Made by a program: the position numbers and the translations under genes. A DNA stretch of 63,769 bases, the filler included, from Reticulomyxa filosa (lineage: Eukaryota; Protista; Foraminifera), in assembly GCA_000512085.1 (NCBI GenBank). It is 19 parts of 19 records of this genome, joined end to end, with 100 filler letters (N's around TTAATTAATTAA, not from the genome) between each part and the next. Parts side by side here need not be neighbours in the genome. Positions count along the whole stretch, not along the records: positions 27,992 to 40,033 come from ASPP01003926.1; positions 40,134 to 41,774 come from ASPP01008425.1; positions 41,875 to 46,395 come from ASPP01004770.1; positions 46,496 to 48,398 come from ASPP01020920.1; positions 48,499 to 49,550 come from ASPP01024427.1; positions 49,651 to 62,032 come from ASPP01028629.1; 13 more parts are not named here. One strand, 5' to 3'. The number at the start of each line of letters is the position of its first letter. The first letter of the stretch is position 1. Shown here one piece after another: positions 38,059 through 51,030 of this stretch. Below the pieces are notes generated by a model that worked only from the letters and a program-made list of their open reading frames with translations, was not told the DNA's origin and did no database searches.

Positions 38059-39186
38059 TCGTAAATGAATGTTAGTCAATATGCTAATCTATGATGAAAT
38101 TATTATCGTTAAGCAGATAGCTTTTTTTGTTGAAAGGGTTAGCTTAGATTTTTTAAAAGTAGAGCAAAAAAAGAAAGTTTACGTTTTCGTTTTTCTCGTG
38201 TTCATGAAATTTTCCATTCTTTTTAATCATTTTCAAAAAAATCTTACAAAATTTTCATTTATTATCCATATTCCTACATTATTGAAAAAAACAAAATTAA
38301 ATATTTAGAAGGCCTAGCCTTATAATGAATGACCTTACATTTATCCAACAGTAGTTCAAAGTGAAGTTTATTCACTTTTCCAATATTATAAATCCACTAA
38401 AAAAATATTCCATAGTGATGGGATCTAAATTAAATTTAATTATATAAATTAAATTTAAAAGTTATATAATATATAATTAAATACATTTAGATCGGCTATA
38501 AAAAAAAATGAAAATTTCTTTATGATTTAGTTGATCAAAAGTCAACTATCAATAACACAAAAAAATACATATCTTAAAAATATTGATATACAATTTTTTA
38601 TTAATTTTTTTAAAATAAAGCTCACTTATGAAATTTTACCAATATTTTTATCGTTATACAAATATCAAAGAGTTTTGTTATAACAATTTTATTTGAGTTT
38701 TTGACTTGCCGAAATGTTGAAATGGAATTCTTTAATTGCTTTGTGATATTGTTTTTTTGTTTTTTCTTATATTTTAATTTATTTTTTTTAGCATATTTTT
38801 TACGACAATTATTCTGTTTTAATAAAAAATGCGTATTAAAACAACTTGAATTAAATAAAAGTTAAATGTTTTATTATTTCTATCAAATAAATATTATTTG
38901 ATTTTTTTATTTATTGTTATTATGTAAATGTTAATGTTTACAGTACTCTAAATCTTTTACTTTTTTATTTGTTTTGTTTATCTCATTACTTTTTTTAATT
39001 CATTTAACTGAAATTGCGTACAGGAACAGTTTGTCAAAAATGCTTTCAAAAAAAGTAAATTGTCAACATGTTTTAGAGATTTGTCTTTAGAAAACTGGAA
39101 TAAACTGATTTGGCAGCAACACTTTTCGTGATTAAAAGCATTAAAAGAATATGGAAAATGAATTAATATTTTGTCTTCCCCCATTA

Positions 39187-39947
39187 CTAATGGCCAAGAA
39201 CATCATACAATTGTGTGAGTGCGGATAACATGTCAGATGAGTTTTGTGTGTTGTCTATGGTAGCCGTGTCTTCTTTTACGTTATTTTCAGTGGTATTTCC
39301 AAGAGGTTTGAAAGCATTGTCTTGGCTTGGAGCCGTTGTCGGCGATCTTTCATCTACAGTCGTTACGGTTTTATCTTTATTTATTTGTCCCATAGAAAGT
39401 TGGAATTTGAGAGAGGGAAAAAAAATCCAATCAAACCTCAAACGCACATTAAAATATAACCTGTTTTAGTAGCCATCATTTTGGATTTGTATAAGAGAGA
39501 TTTATCCGAGCTGGTGATTGAAACAAGCCAAATGAATTTTTTTGGAAATTTAGGAAGATTGAGAAAAGATTGGAGAGTGAAGGGTCCCTTAGGGAAATGC
39601 TGTAAGTCTTCTGTCAGCAATTGTTCTTCATATTGGTCAGAAATTGCTGTCATTTTCTTGGCACGTTTTTTTTCAGCTTTGTCTTTTTCCTTTTCCTTTT
39701 CCTTTTCTTTCTCTTTTTCTTTTTCTTTTTTTAGTTTATTAAATTTGCTGGTCAAGTCAATAGTTTGCTTTGCCACCTTTGGCGGCAAGAAATACAACAA
39801 TATGCCCATTGTCGATTGTTTGTCTATGACTGCAGCGCGGTCTGCTTTACCAAAGTATTGACAAAATTCCTCATATGCATTTTGGTCACTCGCCGACAAC
39901 GGCAAGCATTCGAATACACGCACTTGTCGTTTGGGTGAGTTAATAGC
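39187..39947 (-). CDS. SPOC-domain-like protein, last two exons
   Basis: PLSASDQNAYEEFCQYFGKADRAAVI...LLYFLPP resembles the SPOC C-terminal half. A phase-1 intron joins it to ...LYDVLGH*. Confidence 0.6.
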
Positions 39948-40172
39948 CTATTCATTTATTTGTCCATTTTTTCAAAATTGTTATCACATATATGCATATA
40001 TGTATATATGTATATATGTATATATGTATATATNNNNNNNNNNNNNNNNNNNNNNNNNNNNNNNNNNNNNNNNNNNNTTAATTAATTAANNNNNNNNNNN
40101 NNNNNNNNNNNNNNNNNNNNNNNNNNNNNNNNNAAAAAAAAAAAAAAAAGTGTGTATACGTACATACATTAC

Positions 40173-40871
40173 CTCCCAAAATTGAACGGTCAAGTTAACA
40201 AAGGCCTTGAGGTTACTGACACAATGCTTCGTCGACACATTGTTCCATTTGAAATACAAACGGTCGATTCCGCAATAACACTGATCGCCATTGGTGACGC
40301 GGTGCAATGGGTCATTCCTGTTCTCTGCTTCCGGGATGTACAGCACTGCGTATGCATTCTGGTCCCATGCCTTCAAACAGTCTTGCTCACATTTCGTCAG
40401 GTTATTCTGAGTTATGTCCACCCCATTTATGCTCGAGTTCGATATGCAATACAACTGCGTCCAATTGCTTGCTCCATAGGCGTACCAGCTGCTTGTCGCA
40501 TTTTCCCATACGCCAATATAACTTTTTTTTTAAAAAAAAACGCCAAAAAATTTGATATATTAAATAAAATAAAAAAGTGCGATTTTGCGTGTATGAAAAA
40601 GAAAAAGAAGAAGGTAATGTAACATATATTGTTGTCTTCAATGATACCCCCCATAGGGATGAAAAGGATCATTGTAGCCATTGTCATTTTTGATTAATGC
40701 TATAACGAGCACAAATGGCAATACAAAGAACAGAACCACACAACAAACTTTCAGTTGCTTGCGCAACGTCATGTTTGGGTTTCGTGATGGTTCTGTGATC
40801 AATTTTGTCGAAATATCATTAGAATTCTGCTTGTTTTGTGTGTCATCTACACTATTTTCAGCCACTTCCAT
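40173..40871 (-). CDS. Type II membrane protein with WSC-like Cys-rich domain (intron 40522-40647), 3'-truncated
   Basis: TM VCCVVLFFVLPFVLVIALI, then spliced GG|YIGVWE...LTKCEQDC...AYAVL...NGDQCYCG, matching the WSC pattern Y.GC...C...C...YA...G..C.CG. Confidence 0.6.
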
Positions 40872-41210
40872 GATTTTTTTTATTTTCCTTCTTCACTCCT
40901 TTCTCACTTTATCCTCTGTACTTCTTCGGAGTCGTCGACTTAAACAAATACACAGCAACGAAACATAAAAGAAATAAGCTATTTGCAAAATCATTCCTTT
41001 CTTCATGCGGTTGTCTTTTTCATATTTACAAGAGCTACTTCTGCTGACCCAAATTATTTTATTTCTTCTTTCAAGATCAGGAAATTACCTTAAAGATTTA
41101 CAAATTGGACCAAATTTTTTTCCTTCTTGAAGAGGACGGCACGGCAGCTCTGAGACGCAGAAGAAGAGTTTTTCTTTTTAACAGAGAATGGGAAAACGAT
41201 TAAGTTAAAA

Positions 41211-41665
41211 ATGGAAATAAGAAACCGCTTAAATCAACTCAAGGGAAAATTATTCACACAAGAGAGTGAAAAAATCGGGGATAACGTCCCACAAAGTAAT
41301 CCATATGAGTGCTTCTGTTTTGTCTACCGTAGAGAAACACCTCAGTACGATTTGTCAATCGAAGGACAAAGACTGGTGGCGCGTGAAAAGCCCAATTTCG
41401 ACGCCCCAGCGAAGGATGCGTGGACAGGCATTAAGTTTTGTAATTGAAGAGCTTACATGTCAAAATTGAGTATGTTCGCTATCAACCTCCAACTTATTAC
41501 AAATATAAAACAAAAAAAAGACAATGGTTTAAAAAGATTGGTCGAATCGAATTTGACCACGAAGAAAAAAGCAATTTATTGTACAAATTGAAACGTGCAA
41601 AAACAGTGTATGCCATTAAACCCTCCCCAGATGGCAAGCATTTCGCAGTTGTTGTGTCGATGTCA
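41211..41665 (+). CDS. Hypothetical protein, 5' exons (intron 41435-41520), possibly leading into WD40-like blades
   Basis: A phase-2 GTTTTG..AAAAAAAG intron joins the ORFs into ...WTGIKQWFKKIG...VYAIKPSPDGKHFAVV. Confidence 0.55.
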
Positions 41666-44600
41666 GTTAGTTAAGTTATTGGGATGCCTCTCGTCGCAAT
41701 ATCGCACAACTATGTTCTTCCCCCCCCCCTTTTTTTTTTTAAATAAAAAAAAATATTTATGTACTTTGTTTTTTNNNNNNNNNNNNNNNNNNNNNNNNNN
41801 NNNNNNNNNNNNNNNNNNTTAATTAATTAANNNNNNNNNNNNNNNNNNNNNNNNNNNNNNNNNNNNNNNNNNNNGATCTGGCAAAAAAATGCTTTCATGA
41901 TTTTGATGAAACTGATCAATTAGTGCTTACTATAACAAATGGAAATCATTAAACATAAAAAATTATTATTTTTTATTTGTCATTTTTAATTTGTTATCCA
42001 ATTCTTTTTTTTTTTTTTTGTTGACTGCTTCTTTTGAATTGGTCTGATATCCATTCTCCTCGTTTAATGACTTATTCGGTGTATTTCTCAGTTTTTCTTC
42101 CCTTTTTTTTTTTTATCAATGAGTTGTCGTGTAGACTGATTTTGCGTTTGTTTGCTGCACAGACAACTCCATTGTATTCATCTTTCCTTGTTGGTGTAGT
42201 GTGATCGACTATTTTTTTTTTCTAACGAATGTGCTATCCTTCAAATTGTGAAGTGATTTACTGAGAGCGATTAAATCGGGTGTGTGGCTTAAATATTTTA
42301 AAAGTTGAAAGAGCACTTTGTTTCCTTTCGAATAAAATTCCTTTGTTGATGACCAATCGTTTTATGTCAAAAAGCTAATTTTGCTGTGAAATCTTTTCTT
42401 AGTCTCTAACGAAGACCATCGTTTTTTAAAAATAGAATCGCAAAAAGAATGTAGCTAAACGTTCCAATGTAGAGAAAAAATGTCCCAGCAATCGTGACAA
42501 GTTGTATATCGAATTAATTCAAACCTGCTCGGCGTCAATCCCTACAAATCTCTTTTGTGAGGTTGAGCGACCGTTCTTTCATGATAACGTATAATTTTCT
42601 CCACTTTAAATCTATGTATTGATTTATTTTTAGAAGTTGGCAAATGATGAATGTTAATCGTATCATTTGAAGTACTCTTTTTGGATACAATGTCATAAAG
42701 CAACAATAATTTTTAAATAATATTTATCAAACTATCACGTGTATTTTTAAAATCAAGTTAAAAAATAAGATGACTAGTTTTACTTAATGCGCACGTAGCC
42801 CTCTAATGAGATTATGTGACAATGAACTTTCATAACGTAGAATTTCCCTAGTGTACGAATTTTTGTATAGTATCCAAGATACTGTTTATTTTTCACTGAC
42901 TTTGATTTGCTTTTTTAATAACGGCAGTAACAAAAAGTTTTTAAGTGTTACGTGGAAGCGCGTAGTATCATACGTAACACAATAAGTAAAATCTCAGCCC
43001 AGATGCCGCAATAAGGTAGTAACTCTGCTAAAGACAAAATTGTATAAAATAACAAACTAATAAAACGGAGGGGACCATAAAACCAACTGACATTGAACTT
43101 TTGTTGCAAAAAAGACGCTTTCGATTTTGTTCTTTGTCTTTTGGCTACTGTTCCTCGAAATTAAAATTATATTTATCAAAAGAAAATTGAAGCCATAAAT
43201 CTCAAGCCATGTTATTCAAATATTATATGAATCTTTCATTTTGTTTGTGTTTGTCTTAAACGATCGGACCTCGAACTAAAAATTGCTGTAGTTTTGAAGA
43301 AAAGGGGTAACAATTTCATAATAAAGAAGCAAACAAATGTACAAAATAAAAACACAAAAAAGCTGAACAGTCTTACAACAACGTCGTATTATTGATGATC
43401 TATTCACGCATATTACGTCAGTTGATCCTTTCGACGCAACAACATGAACACGAAAAACGACTAAACAAATTGAATTGTTTGTTAATACATAGTGAACCTG
43501 AAAATTTCTGGATTTTTTAGAAATATCCGATTTGAATGATCCAACAGTGTTAATCCAGATCGAGTTCCACTTCACAAGATATTGACACAAATACGTTTGT
43601 ATGGCATATTTGCAAGCTAATGATCACATATCATTCAGAAAACAGTTGTCGAAATATAAAAAATGAAATGACAAAACTACGTTTGAAAATTATTTACGTC
43701 ATATGATTTCGAACTAGAAGTGGCTAGAATTTGATGGATAATAATAAAGTAAATGAACAAATTGTGTCCCAATGATTAATTGTTTAATGCTGACAGTGCA
43801 CAGACAATTTGCTATCTGTGCAATTGGAACGACATGCAGCTGTATTTATCGACGAATTATTTGTATTACAAATTGCAGAAATGAGAGCATAACAAGGCAA
43901 TATTTGATACATGAAGATATATGGCAATTGCTGTATTAAAAAAGGATATGCAATTGAAAACGAAAAAGAGAATAAGGCATTGTTGTATTTAATCACCATA
44001 TTCAAATACTAGTAATACTATTACTTTGTAACGCCAATTCGTTCAACGCATTCAATAAATAGCTTATTAATAGGGAGCATTCCAAGTTTAACAAAGTGTA
44101 ATAGTAACAATATCCCAATCTTTGATTGAATAATTACATTGTATTGCAATTACAATCTTTCAACAATAATAAATACATTGCAAAATTAATTGCATATAAT
44201 ATCAGCTACTCATTTTTTCAAACGCAATAACAAGCAATATCCAAGTTTATTATTGAGGCTGAATGCAATAGTGCTTGTCTCGTTTAAATATGTGAGGCAG
44301 TCATAGAATTTGCAAACCTTTTAAAATTGTACTGAGTCTCAAAATTATGTAGATATGTTCAAAAAACTTAGTTCTAAGAAGTGGGCATCTTTCATTATTT
44401 TCATTTTATGGAGATAATTGCAAATTTTCAAAATGTTCATATTTTATAACTCAAAGAAAAAAATTTACGTGGTAGATTCCAAGTACTGATAATCTTTAAT
44501 TTTTGGCGAAATTTTTAAACATTCATGCCTTTCTAAACTTTTGTAAAAAATATTTATGTTCACTCATTGCCAAATCATTAAAAAATTTCAAGAATGTTTA

Positions 44601-45164
44601 TTTTCAAAAAAATTAAAAATTTTTTGAACATAAAAAAGTGTTGTTTTCATTTATAATAATCAATATATAAGGCAAAAACTATTTCAAGAAGCATCTTACG
44701 TAAACTGGCAAGTATTGGTTGAATTCAATATCGACAAAAAAAACAATCATGACAAAAGTTTTTTGAAAATTAACGTCAACCACTTGTTCGGGCTCAAATC
44801 CGACCATAAAAGTAGTCCTAGTAGCTTGTAAACTAGTTGCGAAAAAAAATTTTTAAGTAATCAAACTTTTAGAACCAGATATATTAATTTTTAACCTTTT
44901 ATGGAAACATCATTGTGATGCAAAAGTGCTAAAAAATTTGAAAAAGTAACTTCCAAAAGTTGGTAAACAAATAATTTTGAAGCAAGTACAGAACCCCACT
45001 GGAAAACGATTTTCCACGCCTCAAAATCAAAATATCCCTTTCTTCCTCACCACAAGGACGTAATACACCCAACAAAACATATAAAAAATGCATGCTTCTC
45101 CTCTCCCTTATTGAAGGAAGCAAATTGTTAAAAGTAGCATGAATTTTTTCGTTGCATTGGATGA

Positions 45165-46297
45165 TTATTCCATAGCAGGAGCAGCAGCTTGTCCCTTTCT
45201 GACGAAAATATCTGTGTTCTTGATCAAAAACGTAAGGAGAAAAGCGAGTATAGCAGGGGCCATAGAACAAAGGAAAACCAAGTGCAAAGCTTCAGTTTCA
45301 GCACGTATGCCATCACCGTGGTAACGTGTGTAATTCTTTTTGACTTGCTGATTTAAAACTGAGCCAAATATAGCGACTCCAACACTACCACCAATTGAAC
45401 GGATGAACGTTACTCCAGCAACGGAGGACGCCATGTCTTTTTCAGGGACTGAATTTTGCACGATCCCATTGAACACAGGGAAGCCCATACCCATGCCGAT
45501 TCCCATAATGAATAAAAATATCCATTCAACACCAAAGCTCATGTGTTTGGTCAGCAACGCCAACAAACCTTCTCCAATTGCCACAAATGCCATTCCAAAT
45601 TTCGGGAACCAAATGAAATTTCCCGTTTTCGAGACATAAAGGCCAGTTCCCATGGAAGCAAACATCATTCCTAAAAACAAAAACAAACATGGACAAAAAA
45701 AAAAAAGGTGTACGTAGTGACCAATAGTTAGTAAACAAAACAAAAAAAGAATCCTTTTCTCTGTCCCAGCTTTTTCCGACATACCTATGACCATCGGGAC
45801 CAGCTTCAATCCACTGATGATAGCACTGTCACCGCAAATATCTTGGAAAAAAATGGGCAAAAAGGAAAATCCGCCAAACATGGAAATTCCAAAGAAAATC
45901 ATAATCAAACAAGTGACAGCAAAGTTACGTATTTTGAAGAGACGCAGGTTAATAATTGGTTCCGAGTGTCTCATTTCTTGTAATCCAAACAAAGCGAATA
46001 ATGCTACTGATGCGAAAATGAGCACCAAAATTTCCCAGCTGTCCCAGGCATAGTCTGCACCTCCCCATGTGACTAGTAACACTACACACACGGTTGCAGC
46101 AAACACTAGTATGGAACCAAGGACATCCATTTCCAGTTCCTTCTGTGCGTTTTTGATCTTCTTCAACACGATCCAGCACACGACTAGTGTTATCGCCCCA
46201 AATGGCAGATTGATGAAAAATACCCACCGCCAGCTGATGTAATCCGTGAAGAACCCTCCCAATACAGGTCCCACGACCGTCGCCACCCCGAATATAG
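45165..46297 (-). CDS. MFS drug:H+ antiporter (DHA2/EmrB-QacA-like), C-terminal portion (intron 45671-45784)
   Basis: AIFGVATVVGPVLGGFFTDYISWRWVFFINLPFG, D..G, EPIINLRLFKIRNF, LPIFFQ, FIRSIGGSVGVAIFG. Confidence 0.92.
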
Positions 46298-46495
46298 CTG
46301 TACGTAAAACCACACAACACATATAACTTATACGTTTCTAAAGAAGGGAAAGAATATTCCAGAAATGGAAGGGGAAAAAAAAAAAAATCTTAGAANNNNN
46401 NNNNNNNNNNNNNNNNNNNNNNNNNNNNNNNNNNNNNNNTTAATTAATTAANNNNNNNNNNNNNNNNNNNNNNNNNNNNNNNNNNNNNNNNNNNN

Positions 46496-46961
46496 TATTG
46501 CTATTGCTATTGCTATTGCTATTGTTTGATCCTTGTTTGTCTTGTGAATGCAATTGCAAACTCAAAATTTTATCGATAAAGACATTGGATTGATCAAAGT
46601 GCTTGGCAATGTCTTCGGAAAGACTGTCGTCGATATCGACGTTTAGATACTCGAACAGGTCGCTTGCTTGCGTGTACTTTTCGTTTGAGCAGTTCACAAT
46701 GCCTCGTATGTTGTACGGAGGCTTGTGCAACTTGTAGATGTTAAATGCACACTCGATCGCGCCGACGTACAGTCCAGGGATTATCTTGTACATCGTCGCC
46801 GTCGGCACCGTCTTGCGGCATGGACGCGTGCACGCACACGTCTTTTGCAACGGGAACCGCCAGCAAATGGGATTATACAACGCACCGGCACTGAGATTGG
46901 GATCTTCTCTCTTCTTTACTGCCACCACTGACAATTCGAGAGGAATATCTTTTTTGTCCAT
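46496..46961 (-). CDS. Dual-specificity protein phosphatase, N-terminal part
   Basis: KIIPGLYVGA...NIRGIVNCS...FEYLNVDIDDSLSEDIAKHFDQSNVFIDK. The CX5R motif would lie beyond the spacer. Confidence 0.88.
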
Positions 46962-48829
46962 GGAGAATAATGTCTCTCCAAAAAAAAAAAAAAAAGGGGT
47001 TGCACATTTCGAAAAACAAATATCGTGTTGTCTTCAAAGTTTTTTTTTGTAACTTGTGTCGAGTTATTTCAGATATACATTTTGTTTGTGGTTAATGAAA
47101 CATAATTACATTGCTCCCTCAGTTATTGCATTTATTAACCCAGTTAGGTATGAACACTCGACAGATCCCACATTCGAAAATTTTGCAATGAAGAGAGAGA
47201 TAGAGAGAAAAATAGCATTTTTGTTAAGTGGTGTAACTCGTGAGTTTATTAAAAAAATGGAAAATATGTGCTTAATCACAAAAACCTTAAAACAAAAAAA
47301 CAAATAACAAATAATAAACAAACGCTAATGAAAACAACTGAATAAAAAAAAAAAACAGAAATAACTTTCAAATTAATTTCCAGACACAAATAAGAAGAAC
47401 AACAAACAAAAAAAAATGAACAGTTTAATCAACCAAAACAAAGCAAAATAAAAGATAAAATAAAACAAGCAAATAAAAATATGGACACGAATACATACCC
47501 AATACAAAGCAACATTATAAAATCTGTATTATTTTTTTTTTATAATTGTTTTTTTTTTTAATTAGGTTTGCATTGTCCGACTTTCGTATATGGCTCTCCT
47601 CTTTTTTTTTTTTTTAAAAAAAACTTAAATTAAAAAACAAGAGGCAATGCAGCTCAAGTATCCCTGTGTATGCATAAAGTGAATCACATCTACGATAAGA
47701 CAATAGTAAAAAAAAAAAAAAAAAAAACCAACCAAAAACAACAAGTTTAAAAACAAACTTATGTTCACCCAATATTAAAAAAAAAATTATTTGGTAATGA
47801 TCAAACAAGCCAATCGCATACAACAATGGAAGAGACAGCCCTACGACATGAGACTACAAAGAGATAGATAAAGAGAGAGAACAAGACACGTCAAGCCTTT
47901 GTTTTGCGATTCCAAGAACAAATGGAAGAGCCGCTTTTGGTAACAACAAACACTACCATACAAATAGGGCATTTGTACTTAATTCACAATATACTCTGGC
48001 GAATGTAACAGACGTGATATATATATATATATATATGTATATATGTTGTAGATGTAGATGTTATATATGATATATATGTATATATGTATATAATGTAAAT
48101 GTCCCGTAAGCATAGGCTTATATGTATACTCGTCTTTTTTTGTCATTTGTTTTTAATTGTGGCAAATGGACAAGTGATGGGATATGAGGTCATTGCAAAA
48201 GTTTGATCAACCATTTTTTTTTTTTTTTTTCCCGAAAAAAAAAAATGGAAGAAATATCTTGTGGCGCAGAGGAGGGGGAGAGGAAAAAAAAAAAAAAGGG
48301 AGCACATAGTTTTGATGTTCATCTCGATAGATACTTTATGCTGGCAGAAGAGACGCAAAGGAGAAGAACAAAAGACAATAGAGAGAGAGAGAGAGAGANN
48401 NNNNNNNNNNNNNNNNNNNNNNNNNNNNNNNNNNNNNNNNNNTTAATTAATTAANNNNNNNNNNNNNNNNNNNNNNNNNNNNNNNNNNNNNNNNNNNNTT
48501 CTTTTGTTGCGTTATTCATCTTTCTTTTATTTAATTCACTTTGATTTTATCGAACATTGGTTTCTTGAGCAAAACCATTTTCGTATTACATTTAATACAA
48601 CCTCTTCCAGCTGACGTCCCACACATACGTTAATGGATTGAATTTAGATTTTTTGTTTGACGAATAACTTCAACACCTAAGTCAACTTTTTTTGGAAAAT
48701 TATTTCTTTCTGTACGAGTTGTGCGTTTGGGGTACTATGAATGCACGTATTATTTGAATAATTGAATAGTGAGGAAGATGTTTATAAATATCATGTAGCA
48801 GTATATCTTTCTCATTCTTTTTGATGATA

Positions 48830-49260
48830 TTACTGGTTTACATTTATCAAATTCACATCTAAAATGTTTAGTTCTACGTTCCATCCATAAAATGACCTCT
48901 CATTATAATTTATGTTTGACATATATTCCTTGTTTGAAAGTGATGAATATGGACGCAAGGGTTCTTTGTGTTGAACTAAAATCATCTTCCATAGTTTGAC
49001 TTCATCAAATGAATGAGATACAATAGTTGAACCATCAGTGGAAAATTCCATTTTTTGTTTTCACAATTTTATTGTTAAAATGTTATTTGGTCATTCGGTA
49101 AACTTTTCATATCAAAATATGAGATAATTTTAATCCTTTAATCAGTTCTCCAGATTGTATATCTGAAAGTTTTGCCCTCACAACACTACTTAATTCCATC
49201 GTCTTTTTATCTGATAAAAACTGTATACTTGTTATAATCTGAAAGTTTTTTGATTACTTG
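48830..49260 (-). pseudogene. Degenerate WD40-repeat fragment
   Basis: EFSTDGSTIVSHSFDEVKLW, plus upstream SIQFLSD.../IQSGELIK with shifts. Confidence 0.55.
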
Positions 49261-49744
49261 TTTGATAAGTTTAAAAACAAGTTAAAGGGGGGCGCACAAA
49301 ACAAAAAAAAACAGTTTACTTTGTCAGTGTTGTTTTTGGCTTTTCTTCTTGTTTTTGGCTAATCTCTGAAAAAAAATGGTGGTTGTTCACTTAACTTCGG
49401 CTTATGGTCGGACAACAGGAACTGCAACAGGCCCTTTAGGACCTTCTGGTCAAAGTACTCCATTTGACAAAATTAACGTTTGGGCAACTAGTGATTACGT
49501 TTGTTGAGTATTCAATTTTTGTTTTATTTTTATTTTTTGAAAAATGAAAGNNNNNNNNNNNNNNNNNNNNNNNNNNNNNNNNNNNNNNNNNNNNTTAATT
49601 AATTAANNNNNNNNNNNNNNNNNNNNNNNNNNNNNNNNNNNNNNNNNNNNAAAAAAAAAAAAAAAAAAAGGGGGTTTTTTTTTTTTTTTTTTTTGAACGT
49701 TATAATTTTAAAAATAAAAAATTTTTAAAAAAAAACTAAGCAAG

Positions 49745-50187
49745 TAATCGTTACCATTTTTGTAATGACATTGCCGTGGACAAGAACGGCGATGCCTATG
49801 TGGCAGATAGCTTTGCCGGAGCAGTGTACAAAGTAGCTGCAAACAACGACTCGGATGTGGCTCAAGTGTGGTGTTGGAAGAAAGAGTGGTACACCGGACC
49901 GCCCTATTTTGGTCCCAATGGCATTGCCTTGGATGCCATGCAGTCCAATCTGGTCGTGTCGATATTCCAATCGGGACAATTGTGGCGCATCGACATTGAC
50001 AGTCACACGCAGACAGCAAGTCCAACACAAATCCAAATCACCAATGCCCAACTCTTACAAGGCTTGGATGGGTTAACATTTGATCGTAAAAATGAATCCA
50101 TCCTTTACGTCACTGGTTAATGTTGTATAATATATATATATATAATATATGTATATACGTATATATAATATATACATATATGTATAT

Positions 50188-50219
<32 letters not shown>

Positions 50220-50667
50220 GTACATATATATATATATATATATATGCATATATAATGCAGGCAACAGTGGACACACGGTGTATAAATTTGTGAGTGACGA
50301 TAAATGGAAGACGACAAGTTTGACATATACATACAGCTGTCGTGGTGGTGGCCCCACAGCTGTGACGAATGTTGGTGATGATGATATTTATGTGATCAAT
50401 TCGTATTTGTTTGATAACACGAAAACATCGTATCTCTTGGAAAAATTTCAACCTTTTCAATGCTCTTCTGCACACATTGTCGCCACCAATGACACGAGTC
50501 ATCATCACAACAAGTACTTGCTCACGTCCAGCACCACTATGTTCGCTCTTTATGTCACTCTTGCCGCTCTCATCTTGGTCTCGTTCTCCTGTTTGGTCAC
50601 TGCCATTGTCAAAGTTCGCAAACAAAGCAATTCCAGCAGGTCGGACTATTTTTATCAAAATTTTTAA
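49745..50667 (+). CDS. SMP-30/gluconolactonase-like beta-propeller with C-terminal TM anchor (intron 50116-50260)
   Basis: FCNDIAVDKNGDAYVADS, GPNGIA, GLDGLTF, PTAVT...IYV; TM MFALYVTLAALILVSFSCLVTAIV; tail ...YFYQNF. Confidence 0.8.
50126..50254. repeat. Imperfect (TA)n microsatellite forming almost an entire intron
   Basis: Directly visible. Similar tracts occur at 2395-2442, 4214-4262 and 39985-40033. Confidence 0.95.
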
Positions 50668-51030
50668 TTTCTTATACTTTGTCTGGTCTTTTTCCTTATT
50701 CACTTTTCTGAGTGTTTTTCAACAAAAATAAAAAATTAAAAAAAATGAAAATGTAAACATCTTAATTTCATCCTTATAATGATTCAACTCAATCCTATGA
50801 TTGTACTTCGCATACTTTCTTTTACATTATGGCTGTCAAACGGATTTTTTTCTGGGCTATGAGCTGGCACAAACAAAATCACTAACTCTGAGAAATATCG
50901 CAAAGAAAAGAACAGTACAGTTTGGGCTCGCTTTGCAATTAATTGAAAGACAGTTCTTGCGAACAGATTTAAAAAAAAAAAATTGGGTGTGAGCCTTTTA
51001 TTGTGTTTAACATAGGCGCGCAATCAAAAC

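Noticed and set aside
40630-40655. In-frame TGA suggesting readthrough or a variant genetic code
   Set aside because: A GTATCA donor at 40647 removes it. Intact genes here use TGG for Trp and end in TGA, TAA or TAG.
41430-41460. Apparent -1/+2 frameshift at AAT TGA between ORFs 41211 and 41444
   Set aside because: Resolved by the phase-2 intron 41435-41520.
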